This document shows positions 48,151 through 60,661 of a stretch of 60,661 nt of DNA, piece by piece (position 1 is the first letter of the stretch; each line of letters begins with the position of its first letter). This stretch comes from Octopus bimaculoides. Its lineage: Eukaryota. The position numbers were made by a program, and so were the translations under genes. The stretch covers positions 3,540,614-3,601,274 of the forward strand of contig NC_068994.1 in NCBI RefSeq assembly GCF_001194135.2, given 5' to 3'. The notes below the pieces were generated by a model. The model was not told the origin of the DNA and did not search any database. It saw only the letters and a list, made by a program, of their open reading frames with translations.

Positions 48151-48392
48151 GGTGTGCTGAGGGGTGAAGGCAGAGTGACAATAGCCTACATGGTTGTTGT
48201 CAACGAACACCATCACAATGGCAATGGTTGCTTATACAGTCGGTCCTCTTTCTCTGTAGATGTATGTGTGTACATGGACGTCTGTTTGTGTGTTTATTCC
48301 TCTGTCTTGATTATCAGTCAATCGCCCTCGGCAATTTTTTTTTTTTTATGCCATCACCGCTGCTCCCACCACCATCATCTTTACATTCGAGC

Positions 48393-49030
48393 CAATGACG
48401 GAGCCTCTAGGTGGTTGCGAGACATGCTAGAAATAGCATCTACAATCTCGCCTGAAATCATTCCCTTACAGCCTTACCAAAAGACATGACACATTAGAGA
48501 ATGTATTCAATCTTATAGACTCCTATATAACACGGGATGGTCATGGCTGTGATGCCTTTGATTCTAGGTCAGTTCAATCGCATTTGGCCTGGGGCTAAAC
48601 AACATCAAAGTGTACACGAGGCAATGACGGAGCCTCTTCATGGTCGTTAGATCTGCTAGAATAGCAGTCACAACACCATCAACACGCCAAACTGTCTTAA
48701 AAAAAGATGAAGGGATACATTAGATAAATAGAGTTCTAGACACACTATGCCGGAAATAGAAAAAGTTATTGTCACGGAAGGAACGTCTTTGATCAGGGCT
48801 GACCTTGGACTAAACAACACAAACTGTATGAACCAATGAGGGAACTTTTAAGTGGTCATTCGACCTGCTAGAAATAGCAGCAATATCTACAACCAAATTA
48901 CACTATGCCGTCGAAGAAGGACACATTGGACGGTGAAGTCCTAGATATAGACGTGATGGCTATAGCTGGAACGCCTGTGGTCATAAGTCATCTGTTCTAT
49001 CAGGGCTCACATGTGGTTTAACAACAGCTG
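48393..49030 (+). repeat. Three head-to-tail copies of element F (about 200-230 bp units)
   Basis: Units start CAATGA(C/G)GGA at 48392, 48622 and 48834. Each has TGCTAGAA(A)TAGCA and ends in GGGCT/GGACT...AACAAC-like tails. Confidence 0.75.
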
Positions 49031-49364
49031 TATACTAGTGATGATGATGGGTGATGGTGGTGGTATTGTAATGATGATGGTGATGACGATGACAATGTTG
49101 ATGATGATGGTAATGATTTATTTCAATGAGGGATGAAACTAATTAATCTTAGGGTAGTTAACAATACCGAATAGATTAGAACTGAGAACAGACGACGCAC
49201 CAGACGAGATAAATTATCCTTGATTATTTAGTCACAGTCTGTCCCCAATACAATGGACTGGAGGATGGGGGGGGGGAACACCCATGGACGCCTGCTGTAG
49301 GAAGCATTCATAGCCATGGGGTTGTTAACATAGTAAATACAGGGAACCAAGACATTTTGATCAA

Positions 49365-49800
49365 GTGGCTGAGTGGTAAGTAGCTTGCTTCCCAATCACA
49401 TGGTTCTGGGTTCAGTCCCACTACGTGGCACCTTGGGCAAGTGTTTTCTACTATAGCCACGGGCCGACCAAAGCCTTGTGAGTGGATTTGGTAAAAGGAA
49501 ACTGAAAGAAGCCTGTCATATATATATATATATATATATATACATCAACATTTAGCATCCATTTTCCATACTAGCATGGGGTGCGTGTGTACCTATCTCC
49601 CCACCACCACCACCACCTGACAACCGGTGCTGGTGTGTTTACGTCCCTGTAACTTATCAGTTCAACAAAAGAGACTGATAGAATAAGTAGCAGGCTTAAA
49701 AAAATAATAAGTATTGAGGTTACTTCATTCAACTAAAAGTCCTCCAAGGTGATGCTCCAGCATGACCGCTTTATAATGACTGAATCAAGTCAAAGATTAA
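49365..49800 (+). mobile_element. SINE family C with internal (AT)n expansion
   Basis: A box GTGGCTGAGTGGTAAG, B-box-like GGTTCAGTCCC, and the same tail as the 44845 copy. Confidence 0.8.
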
Positions 49801-50044
49801 AGGCAACTATGGAGGCAGGAAGTAGCCCTGTAATGACCACTAGGCATTGCCCATTTCTTCCATCAGTGGTGTTGGTCACTGGACTAAGACATCATCTTAA
49901 AGGGTTCGGTCCATCCTCATAGGACCTGCTCCTCTCCTCCACCACTCCACCACCTATTTCAGTCTGGCAAATAGTTTATAAATCTGTAGTGCCAAAGAAT
50001 TAAGCAAGGAACCTTGAAGGACACAATACCCTTTTCTACTCTAG

Positions 50045-50285
50045 GCACAAGGATGAAAGGCAAAGTCTACCTTTTCTACTCTAGGCACAAGGCCTGAAAT
50101 TTTTGTGGGGGAGGCCAGTCAATTAGATCGACTCCAGTATGCAACTGGTACTTAATTCATGGATCCCGAGAGGATGAAAGGCAAAGTCGACCTCGGCGGA
50201 ATTTGACCTCAGAACGTAAAGACAGACGAAATACCACCAAATATTTCACCCGGCGTGCTAACGCTTCTGCCAGCTCACCGCCTTG
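50045..50285 (-). mobile_element. SINE family B, young copy
   Basis: GGATGAAAGGCAAAGTCGACCTCGGCGGAATTTGACCTCAGAACGTAAAGACAGACGAAATACC...GCCAGCTCACCGCCTT. Confidence 0.8.
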
Positions 50286-50314
50286 TGCATGTAAATATTG
50301 GATGGAAAAAGTTG

Positions 50315-50430
50315 AAGGCTGCCGGAGTTTCATCCACATCCATCCAGCGGTTCTTGAGATATCTTGTCCATGGATAAACAAACACGACTGAAAACAATAC
50401 TTCCGCCTTCGTTAAGGCAGAGGTAATAAT
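50315..50430 (-). mobile_element. Helentron/HINE-like element end, second copy
   Basis: Reverse complement of the 22757-22898 motifs (CATCCAGCGGTTCTTGAGATATCTTGTC...GAAAACAATAC...GAGGTAATAA). Confidence 0.55.
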
Positions 50431-50559
50431 CCCTTCATCAGGATCTGAAGGTTACAATATAATGCAGGATAAATTCTAAACAATGTGAATAGATAAGCAT
50501 TACATTTGACTGAATAAGTTCAACACTAAACGGTTAAACATCTACAAGTCAAAATATAA

Positions 50560-50810
50560 GCAGGGAGGAAATTTCAGTGGGTGGGCATTCTGGAGAAGAA
50601 AGGTAGGGCATGGTGGTTGGTGTTGTTCTGGTAGTGATGGTGAGAGGAAGGGGAGTTGGGTGTTGCTGAGTGGCAAAGTTATGAAATGGGTTAGGTTTGA
50701 GGAGGATCAGAGGCCTCTTTAGCAGTGGTAGGCTGGACAGAGTGAGGAGACACAGCATGTCTGGGAAGAAGGGGGGAAGGTTGGAGTGTTGTAGCAAGCA
50801 ACTTCACACT
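50560..50810 (-). mobile_element. Possible CR1/L2-group LINE 3' relic
   Basis: One minus frame gives LATTLQP...PHSVQ...NNTNHHALPFFSRMPTH*N, resembling the RT C-terminal ..RT.HY..SFFPRT..LWN motif. It contains stops. Confidence 0.4.
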
Positions 50811-51072
50811 GATCAGTCAATTCATTCATTATTTGGATTTCAGATGCAATGGGCTTCAGTTTCCATCTACCAAATCCACTCACAAGGCTTTGTTCATCAA
50901 AGGGCTACAGCAGAAATCACTTGCTCAAGGTGCCACACAGTGGGACTGAACCTGAAACCATGTGATTGGGAAATAAACTTCTAACCACAAAACAATGACT
51001 GCACCTCAAATACATACATACATACATATACGCATGCACAAATATATACATAAATATATATATATATATATA

Positions 51073-51367
51073 CACCAGTACCGCCTGACTGGCCTTGTAG
51101 GGTTTTCGAGCGAGATCGTTGCCAGTGCCCCTGGACTGGCTCTTGTGCGGGTGGCACATAAAAGACACCATTTCGAGCGTGGCCGTTTTCGTGCGGGTGA
51201 CACGTAAAAGCACCCACTACACTCTCTGAGTGGTTGGCGTTAGGAAGGGCATCCAGCTGTAGAAACTCTGCCAAATTAGATTGGAGCCTGGTGTAGCCAT
51301 CCGGTTGCACCAGTCCTCAGTCAAATCGTCCAACCCATGCTAGCATGGAAAGCGGACGTTAAACGAT
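51073..51367 (+). mobile_element. Family D retroposon, young copy
   Basis: Nearly identical to 11847-12290. The tail runs into an N gap. Confidence 0.85.
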
Positions 51368-51421
51368 NNNNNNNNNNNNNNNNNNNNNNNNNNNNNNNNN
51401 NNNNNNNNNNNNNNNNNNNNN

Positions 51422-51460
<39 letters not shown>

Positions 51461-51715
51461 AAATTGTAATTAAATTTGGATATAAACCTTGAAGGATCCT
51501 GTGTAGTAAAGCACTTCCATATTTATTGGCTACCTGATGTTAACATTAGTAGTAATGCATGTGCTTAGAACTTCATGAATAATTCCATTTTCTGTCTCTG
51601 ATCTATTTACATACACACACACACACATACCATATCAACCCATGCCAACATGAAAAACAAACATGAAATAATGATGATGATGATGGTGGTGATACTCTCT
51701 GTCTCACACACAAAC

Positions 51716-52596
51716 ACACAAAATGGAATCAGGAATTTTCCCAGTGAGGCCTAAAGAAAAACTGCACCATCTCTCCAGTAAATAATGCATTTCCTCAATC
51801 ATTTATTGTGATGTATCATTCCCTTCAAAATGGTCCCCTTGGAAATATACAGTAGTATAAGCCCAGCATGGCTTTGATAACTCCAAAACAATGCGGAAGT
51901 GTTCTTCCTGAAGGTCATCAAATACCCCCTTGCAGTTCCCTAAGAATTTCATCTGTCATTTCTAAGTGGCATCACTTTAGTTTCAATTTCACTTTGGGAA
52001 TCACAGAACAGTCACAGAGGAATAGGTCAGGCAAATATGGAGGGTGTGGAAGAACTTCTGGGAGATAAACTTTGGTGCAACATGATGGATGTTTAGGTTT
52101 CCCGAGAGAATTTCCTGGCAGACTCCAGGAAATCAACAATGGTCCCCTAGGATGAGATGAAATTTTTTCCTTATTTTCTAACTTTTTTGACCATGGTTAC
52201 TCACTCTGAACACTTAACAACTGGAATCAACACTTCAGCCAGCCTTGAAATACACATAAAACCCCAAAGCCTGTGTTTCACCAAACGGATGTTGGCCAAG
52301 ACACCGATGAAGCATTTCGAGGGTTCCAGAAGTAGATTCGTTCAACTTCATACAAAACTTGATGCAGGCAACATTGCTCAAATTGTCATGTATTGTAAAA
52401 ATAGTACAAATAATAGAATTCTTCTAAAACAACACTGTTAAGAACCTTGTGTAATAATCAAACACAGGCAGATGGCATAAAGCATGTTTGCAGGCTGGCA
52501 GCACAGTGATATGGCAGCAATGAAGGTCAGCTTCACATATTTTTTCTACAGTACAATCACAGCATGGGCAGTCTAGAAATTTTCTGATAAAACCTT
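51716..52596 (-). mobile_element. Mariner transposon relic with internal deletion
   Basis: N-terminus at about 52390-52270: EQ.CCIKFCMKLNESTSGTLEMLH. C-terminus at about 52066-51870: VLPHPPYLPDLFLCD...PKVKLKLK (YSPDL-type motif). Ends are only weakly inverted, so boundaries are approximate. Confidence 0.75.
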
Positions 52597-54233
52597 GTGT
52601 TTGTGTGTGTAAATGAAAACTAGTGAAAGACATGACCGAGAACAAAAAAGACAATAAACAGATATAGACAAAACCATTCCATCAGCCATGTTTTCATCCA
52701 GAGTCATTATGATTTCGGTGCTAAACACAAATATGTATCCACACGTACATTTCAAAGAATGTTCTTACAACTATATATGCACACATATCTTTATCAAGAC
52801 ATCTGCATATACTCTAAACAATATCCTGAAATCTAAATACGCACATACTACTATCACACATACACACAGATAGATAGAGAGATAGATATAGATTAGTCTA
52901 GCTTTCAGAAATAGAATCATTTTATTTTGACCATAAACGACATCTATGCAGGGATTATCGTTCCATGTCTCATGACGTTCTTCAGAGTCTTGCAATACAG
53001 TTGAAGAAACTCGTGAGATTTGAAACGTTGGTGCCTTTACAGGGCTTATATTCCAACACACACACACGCACATCTGTACATATGCATAGATAGATAGATA
53101 GATAGATAAATGGAGAGAGAGAGAGAAACACAGGTGAGAAAAAGAGAGAAAAGCACAGAGATATGAGAGGGGTGGTGATAGAGATAGATATACAGAAGGA
53201 AGCTAGCATCACGATTATCCCGCCTTCACCACCATCATCAAATCTATACACAACCAACCACTACTATTCAATGAAAGGTGCTAGAAATAACAGCCAAATT
53301 TCCCTAAAATCACATCTTACAAAAAGGACACAAAAGATAAAAACGGGATGGTCACAGCAAGACCGCTCTTGATCATAGAACAACACAGCTCGATCAGGGA
53401 TGACTTGGGGCTAATCAACAAGAAAAACAATAATAGCCGCCGCCGCCGCCGCCACATCAAGGCAAGCACCCACACATCCACTAACCAAAACAACAGACAC
53501 CAAATTTCAACGTTACAACCACCACCTCGAGACATCAACCACCATCACCGCCTCCGACACCACCATCGCTGTCACCTCCACTACCACCACCACATTATCA
53601 TCACCAACACCCCTACCATCAGCTTCATCGCTGCCAACGACAGCACCACTGCCACCATATCACGATCGACACCATCACCGCCGCCAGCAGCAGCACCATC
53701 ACGAGAGAGAGAGAGAGAACTAACGGCAAGACAAAAGATAATCCATGTATTATTATTATTATTTATTTTTATCAATGGATGTCCTGATTTCTAGAGTCTG
53801 AACAGTGATGGAGGAGAAGAAGGGTGGGAGACGAAAGTTTAGTTGGTCATCGGAGGACTACTACTACTACTACCACTCTCCCTCCTCCCTCCTTTGCATA
53901 AATCTTGTATCTCTCTCTGTTAAGATTCAGCTCTAGTTAGGGGCAACTAGCTTCCTTCTTAGCCGCCATACACAGAATCAAGAGACACAAAACCAATTAT
54001 AATAGTCACAGAAGGAACAATAAAAGGGGAAAGAAAAACAAAAGGGAGAGGATAGAAAAAAATCCCCAGTTCACAGCAACACGAATCCAGTTACATATTG
54101 TGACACAGCAAGTCATGCACTAAAATCACACAAACACGTAGGGACACACTTGAGAAAATTACATACACACAACCTCTTATTTCCATACAAAAAATACCAG
54201 CTAATTATCACACACACACACACACACACACAC

Positions 54234-54999
54234 NNNNNNNNNNNNNNNNNNNNNNNNNNNNNNNNNNNNNNNNNNNNNNNNNNNNNNNNNNNNNNNNNNN
54301 NNNNNNNNNNNNNNNNNNNNNNNNNNNNNNNNNNNNNNNNNNNNNNNNNNNNNNNNNNNNNNNNNNNNNNNNNNNNNNNNNNNNNNNNNNNNNNNNNNNN
54401 NNNNNNNNNNNNNNNNNNNNNNNNNNNNNNNNNNNNNNNNNNNNNNNNNNNNNNNNNNNNNNNNNNNNNNNNNNNNNNNNNNNNNNNNNNNNNNNNNNNN
54501 NNNNNNNNNNNNNNNNNNNNNNNNNNNNNNNNNNNNNNNNNNNNNNNNNNNNNNNNNNNNNNNNNNNNNNNNNNNNNNNNNNNNNNNNNNNNNNNNNNNN
54601 NNNNNNNNNNNNNNNNNNNNNNNNNNNNNNNNNNNNNNNNNNNNNNNNNNNNNNNNNNNNNNNNNNNNNNNNNNNNNNNNNNNNNNNNNNNNNNNNNNNN
54701 NNNNNNNNNNNNNNNNNNNNNNNNNNNNNNNNNNNNNNNNNNNNNNNNNNNNNNNNNNNNNNNNNNNNNNNNNNNNNNNNNNNNNNNNNNNNNNNNNNNN
54801 NNNNNNNNNNNNNNNNNNNNNNNNNNNNNNNNNNNNNNNNNNNNNNNNNNNNNNNNNNNNNNNNNNNNNNNNNNNNNNNNNNNNNNNNNNNNNNNNNNNN
54901 NNNNNNNNNNNNNNNNNNNNNNNNNNNNNNNNNNNNNNNNNNNNNNNNNNNNNNNNNNNNNNNNNNNNNNNNNNNNNNNNNNNNNNNNNNNNNNNNNNN
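54234..54999. other. Assembly gap (N run)
   Basis: Ns in the sequence. ORFs spanning the gap are artefacts. Confidence 1.
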
Positions 55000-55161
55000 T
55001 GGGGGGGGGGGACAAACACAGACACACAAACATATGCACACACATATACACACACGACGGGCTGGATGCCCTTCCTAATGCCAACCACTTTCAGAGTAGC
55101 TGGTGTTAAGAAGGACATATACTTCCAGGAGAAAGGGATTATTATTATCATTATCATTATT

Positions 55162-55378
55162 AAAAGGTGGTGAGCTGGCAGAATCATTAACACAACCAGA
55201 CAAAATGTTAAGCAGTATTTCTTCTGGCTTTATATCCTGAGTTCAAATTCCACTAAAGTTAGCTCTGCCCTTCATCCTATCAGGGTTGATAAAATAAGTA
55301 CCAGTTGAGTACTGGGGGCCGATATAATTGATTAGCCCCTCCCGCCAATAGTTTCTGCCTATAGTAGAAAGGATTACG
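55162..55378 (+). mobile_element. SINE family B
   Basis: AAGGTGGTGAGCTGGCAGAATC...GAGTTCAAATTCCAC...CTTCATCCT...GATAAAATAAGTACCAGT. Confidence 0.75.
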
Positions 55379-56177
55379 AATTAGTAGAACAATGGTGCTA
55401 CAATGGTCTTTGTCTCCCACTCATAGAAACTTGTGATTATTAAGGAGGGACTGAGTCAACACTAGGTTTCAGTAGTGTTAATGGCTACAGCAAAGTTGGG
55501 AAGAATCGGCTTAAAGAATTAGTTTGCAAGTGCTGCTTCAAAATAATGGTTTCTGCACCAAGGGAATTTACAGACTACAAAGAATTGGGTGTTACATGCA
55601 TGGCTGAACCTTGTTTCCACATTAACCCTTCCTTGCTAAACCAACCATGACACTAGACTCCATTTACCATTGTCAGGGGTTTTCTCTCCTGTTCTTAATT
55701 CCCTTTACGTCACTCCAAAATTATTGTCTTTGGCTAATTCTGCATTCCAATTAGCAATGGCCTTCAAAACCAAATCACTTCAAATTCTTTACCAACCCCA
55801 ACCAACTCATCTAAGATCTTAACTGGGTTCCTTGCAAGTTCCAACCCCTTCCAACCTCCATGATACAACAACCGACCTAATCACTTTTACAAATACCTTT
55901 CATTAACTCACATTTTTATATATTTTGTTATGTGTTTATTATTCATTAATTCATTTCTTTATCATTTTTATTTGCTTCAGTCAAGTTGTCAACCAGTGGG
56001 GGAGGGGGGACAAACAGACACAAAGATACACACACTGGGATTCTTTCAGTTTCCATCTACCAGATTCACACACAAAGCTTCAGTCGGCCCAAAGCTGCAG
56101 CAGAATTCACTTACCCAAGGTGCCACACAATGGGACTGACCCTGGAACCTTGCGACCTTGGTGGCTGGGAAGCAAAG

Positions 56178-56282
56178 TGCCAATCACGTGGCCTCTTGAA
56201 CAGGCACACAAATGCCAGTCACGTGGCCTCTTGAACATGACCACTAATGCCAGTCACGTGGCCTCTTGAACACACCCACAAA
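56178..56282. repeat. 3 x 35-bp tandem repeat, each with CACGTG
   Basis: TGCCA(A/G)TCACGTGGCCTCTTGAACA plus a variable 10 nt, at 56178, 56213 and 56248. Confidence 0.9.
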
Positions 56283-56934
56283 TGTTAATATTTTGACACT
56301 CTTAAGCACAAAACTTATATATAAAGGACTAATCAACTATAGCTATTCCGCTCTCTGATGAATTCTCCAGGAACGTAACAAAACTAGACCTGTAGCAGCC
56401 GCTAATCATTAAATGTGTGTGTGTGAGTGTGTGTTCACATCAGAAATAACAATAGAGGAAGAAAAAAACCAAGTTTGACAAANNNNNNNNNNAATAAGAA
56501 AGGAGGAGGGAGCAAGTGAGGGGATACATAGGCAAGTGTGAATTTGTGTGGAAGTGGGCGTAAGAGGGGATGGTGTGTTTGTGCTAGTGTGCTGTATGCA
56601 TATGTATGTGTGTATATACACAGATACACACATGCAAGTTCATATATAAACATACAAATATATATATACACTTCTAACATTTTCCAATAAAGACTTAATT
56701 ATATGTAACACACACACAAAAGAATATAATACACAAGTATATACAGGTACCTTTATATATATGCTGAGACTATACACACAGCTGTATATATTTCCTACAC
56801 ACACTATCCCACACACACACACACAATCTTTTACATACAGTTACACAGACAAAACACAGAGAAATGTACAATATTTTTACCTATAATTACACACACACCT
56901 GCACACATACATAAATTCACAACACAGCTACACA

Positions 56935-57265
56935 CATTCTGACTCAGTAGTTAGAACATCAGATTCACAATCATGAGATAGTGAGTTCAATCCCTGAACC
57001 GGGCCCTGAGTTGTGTTCTTGAGCAAGACACTTTATTTCATGTTGCTCCAGTTCCCTCAGCTGTAGAAATGAGCTGCAACGTCACAGGTGCCAAGCTGTA
57101 TCGGCCCCTTTGCCTTTCCCTCGGATAACATCAGTAGCATAAAGAGGGGAGGTTGGTAATCATGGGCGGCTGCTGACCTTCCATAAACAACCTTGCTCGG
57201 ACTTGTGCCTCAGAGGGAAACTTTCTAGGTGCATCCCATGGTCATTCATGACCAATGGAGTTCTT
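56935..57265 (+). mobile_element. SINE family E
   Basis: GACTCAGTAGTTAGAACATCAGATTCACAATCATGAGATAGTGAGTTCAATCCC...TTGAGCAAGACACTTTATTTCATGTTGCTCCAGT. Confidence 0.7.
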
Positions 57266-57434
57266 TACTTTTTTTTTTACACACACTCTCAGGCTGGCTG
57301 GGTAACCATGGACCTCCACTACAGTGAGGCATCTGTTTCTGTCTCTCTGTCACACTCTAACCTTACAACACCTGACACAAGATCACCTCCTCCAATGCCC
57401 CCTCCCCTCTCAAAAATTCTTTGCCTTGCAAGTT

Positions 57435-57745
57435 ACTTGGTGATCCTGCCACTGCTGGTGCCACATAAAAAGCACCCAGTCCATTCGGTAAAGTGGTCGG
57501 CATTTGCAAAAGCGTCCAGCTGTAAAAACAATGCCCAAACTGGCTTCACCTGTGCTTGTGTCTCATGAAAAGTACTCAGCCCACTCTATGAAATGGTTGG
57601 TGTTAGGAAGGGCATCCAGCTGTAAAAACCGTGCCAAAACAGACACAGAAGTCTGGTGCAGTCTTCTGCCTGCTTGGCTCCTGTCAAAGCATCCAACCCA
57701 TGCCAGCATGGAAGGTGGACGTTAAACGATGATGATGATGATGAT
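57435..57745 (+). mobile_element. Family D retroposon with internal duplication of the core
   Basis: The core ...GGCATCCAGCTGTAAAAAC..TGCCAAA occurs twice; (GAT)n tail. Confidence 0.7.
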
Positions 57746-58607
57746 AACACAGAGAAATTTACAATACATTATTATTTACATATTATCGCATACACACTGA
57801 AGCTTTTACATATAATTACACACATACACAATTACAACCTCCACACACACACATGCACACACAATCTTCTACATTTACATTGAATGGACATAATTAACAC
57901 CTACCTCAATACACCTCACACACACTGAATGCAATTACTCCTTCCCTTACACACACACACACACACACACATGCATATACACATTCATGACACAATCTTT
58001 TAAAGTACAATTACATAGAACACAATTACCATTCCCTATACACACACATACATACACACAAACCTTCTCAAGTCTCAGTAACACACACACACACACATCC
58101 ACTGACAGACATGTACACACATTCCAAACACACACATGTGAACAGATATTTCAATCACTCACACATACATACATCCATACACACATACATATAAACATAT
58201 ATATATATACACAGACATACATATATATACGTACACACACATCCAAACATATACATATATAAACATAGTCACATGGGTTACAACCATTCAGAGTCACAGA
58301 AATAGACTGTCCAAATGACCACTTTGGTGAGCAGCAGCAGCAGTGGTGGTGGTGATGGTGGTAGTAACAGTAGTAACTTACCTTCAGGTGGACAGCAGTC
58401 TTTGGCCACTGGTCAAGGCAAGACAAGTTTCATGGCTTCTTCTGACAGACCTACAACACAAAGAACAGACGGTTAATGATAGCCTACTTAGAATCTTGTA
58501 ATCTACAGGGTTTGCTTCAGACAATGCTGAGATATTTTATTGTCATATATATTAGAAATAGAATATTTTTATAAACTGCATTTATACATACATACAATAT
58601 ATATAAT

Positions 58608-58647
<40 letters not shown>

Positions 58648-59224
58648 NNNNNNNNNNNNNNNNNNNNNNNNNNNNNNNNNNNNNNNNNNNNNNNNNNNNN
58701 NNNNNNNNNNNNNNNNNNNNNNNNNNNNNNNNNNNNNNNNNNNNNNNNNNNNNNNNNNNNNNNNNNNNNNNNNNNNNNNNTATTGGCCTCTTTTTGCTGA
58801 ACTGCTAAGTGAGGGGATGTAAACACACCAGCATCGTTTACCAAGCAATGGTGGAGGGGGGACAAACACATACATACATATATATGATGGGCTTCTTTCA
58901 GTTTCCACCTACCAAATTCGCTCAGAAGGTTTTGGTCGGCTTGAAGCTATAGTAGAAGACACTTGCCCAAGGTGCCGTACAGTAGGACTGTGTGTGTGTG
59001 TGTGTGTGTGTGTGGAGGTGCATGGCTTAGTGGTTAGGGTGTTGGTCTCATGGTGGTAAGATTGTCATTTCAATTCTTGAACCAGGCGAGATGTTGTGTT
59101 CTTGAGCAAAACACTTCATTTCACATTACTCCAGTTCACTCAGCTGGCAAAAAGGAGTCATCCTGTGACAGGACCGGCTCGAGAAGAAAACATCTATTCT
59201 ATATATATATATATATATATATAT

Positions 59225-59745
59225 TTACATATCTGCATTGATGGCACCTTCCATGTTCCAGTAGTTCATAATGGACGATATCTTGCATGTTTCATCAAAC
59301 ACAGAGCAAGAATATTTGTGGATGGTGTTGGCACTGGCTTCTCATTACATGATAACCATTGTCTTTTACATCTTCTGCTGTGAAGCAAAACCCATTTTCC
59401 ATCGCCTGTAATAATGCACCACAGAAATGACAGATTGTTATTCCTGGTTAGAAGACTGCTGCAGATGGTGGAATGTTATGTTCGGTTCTCAATCATAAGC
59501 TCATGTGGAACCCGAATTCCCTCTTTGCATGTTTTCCCAATTTGCTTGAGATGTTCTTGAATAGTTGAACATGACTCATTAAATTTTTGCACCAAATCTC
59601 TGGTGCTTTGATGTGAATCCAGTACAATTGTCTTATTCAAAAGTTTGTCATTCAGAATGGGTCGTCTTCCAGAGCAAGGCTTCTTGGATATGCCCCAATT
59701 GTCAACTTTAAACCTTTTAAACCACAGCTGACACATAGACAAGGG
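59225..59745 (-). mobile_element. Mariner transposase relic
   Basis: WFKRFK...SGRRP...STRDL...STIQEHLKQIGK...RVPHEL (WVPHEL motif). After a frameshift it continues SSLLTRNNNLSFLWCIITGDGKWV...KRQWL and DIVHYELLE, as in Hsmar1/SETMAR-like transposases. Confidence 0.85.
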
Positions 59746-60661
59746 CCCTGGAACAGGGGGTGCAGCGGTTGTACCCTCACTCCCTAGAATTTTCAGGGGG
59801 TGCAAGATCAAAATTTGCACCCCCTACATAATCTTACCAGTTGCAGAAAAAAGTGTCTAAAATCTATTGGTATAAAATGCCTAAGTTCGATCTTGTTTCA
59901 AAACAAAGAAAAAAAAATATATAAATAAATAAAAGTGATGAAGCTAGCATAAAATTCCCTAAGGAGTTTAGGACCACTAACTTCTGAAGGCAAGTAGCGT
60001 CAAAATACAAAAAAAAAATAAGTGACAATAACAACAGTAACAGCAACAATAACAACAAAACCAGCATGTATGGTTAATTTTGAATGTATAGCATTACTTG
60101 AATTATTGAAGACAGCTCCCACCCAGTTTCTGTCTGTCAATACTTCTCTCCATCTTTTAGTACCACTCCCAAATTCTTTGTAATTGTGTTGCTAAAGACT
60201 TAAAACATGTTAGAATGGATTCGACCGTTTGACCCCAGTCTAAAAATAAAGCCCCTTCAGAATTCTTTCAATACAAAACGACCATTCAATATTCCATACC
60301 ATTATTTGCTTGACCACTGCCTGGGTAAGTGCCTTTTTTTTTCAACTCCAACTTTAGTCTTGATTCACCTTTTCATTAAATCTTTACTTTCCTTTTGTCT
60401 TTATTCCTCTCTATCTGCTTGAGTTCCTTAGGAAATAGTTTCCTTTTAGCGTTACTACTAACAAATCGTTAGTTTAGGCAGAATGCCTTATATATTGACG
60501 ACTTTCATTTTTTTATCGTGCCTTAATTCTGTCATATTATTAATCAAAAGTCTTCCTGCCTATATATAAAATAATATCTGCGTCATATCTGTTTCCGATA
60601 CTGTCCTGCTTTTTCATTTTATATAGAAAACGTTGATTTAATTATTTTGATAAGTGCCTCT

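Noticed and set aside
53348-53794. 148-aa ORF with Arg/His/Pro runs and a (GCC)n tract
   Set aside because: It is low-complexity, starts inside an element-F tail and has no domain. It may be promoter or UTR sequence, but I cannot support that.
54113-55193. Four ORFs of about 280-330 aa
   Set aside because: They consist almost entirely of X from the N gap. The same applies to the ORFs at 18216-18819, 28212-28491 and 58540-58908.
56178-56282. CRISPR-like repeat-spacer appearance (also the palindromic repeats at 13606)
   Set aside because: The context is eukaryotic, there are only three units, spacers are 10 nt or less and related to each other, and there are no cas genes.
56349-56395. CTGATGA...GTAAC hammerhead-like string (also CTGATGA near 30624, 39144, 39651 and 50434, and the string at 46231-46285)
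   Set aside because: The GAAA core and/or stems I-III cannot be formed. The 50434 case is truncated by a HINE-like insertion and cannot be evaluated.

Overview
AT-rich, microsatellite-dense animal DNA from a draft assembly with many N gaps. It is most likely octopus/cephalopod; this is inferred from the tRNA-headed SINE families, the microsatellite load and the C2H2 gene clustering, not from a database hit. Host coding content is a C2H2 zinc-finger cluster of four ORFs: 5713-6906(-), 13963-14649(-), 25365-26003(+) and 36073-37989(-). The first two have phase-matched splice sites and may be two exons of one ~602-aa gene. The rest is mobile DNA: a Merlin (IS1016/ISXO2-like) transposase relic, two mariner relics, RTE and possible CR1-group LINE fragments, at least four SINE-like families, a tandemly arrayed (AAC)n-tailed element, Helentron/HINE-like fragments and several MITEs. 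The SINE family letters A-F are my own labels, and SINE/MITE boundaries are approximate. The most unusual signals are: (i) three different minimal type-I hammerhead-ribozyme motifs with palindromic stem III, of the Penelope type, each with core or stem defects; (ii) a 16-finger ZNF built from a 4-finger higher-order repeat with near-uniform recognition helices, preceded by three cysteine-less fossil fingers; (iii) a nested foldback element next to a splice donor; (iv) a telomere-like (TTAGGG) tract inside inverted repeats. No tRNA, rRNA or CRISPR array is supported.
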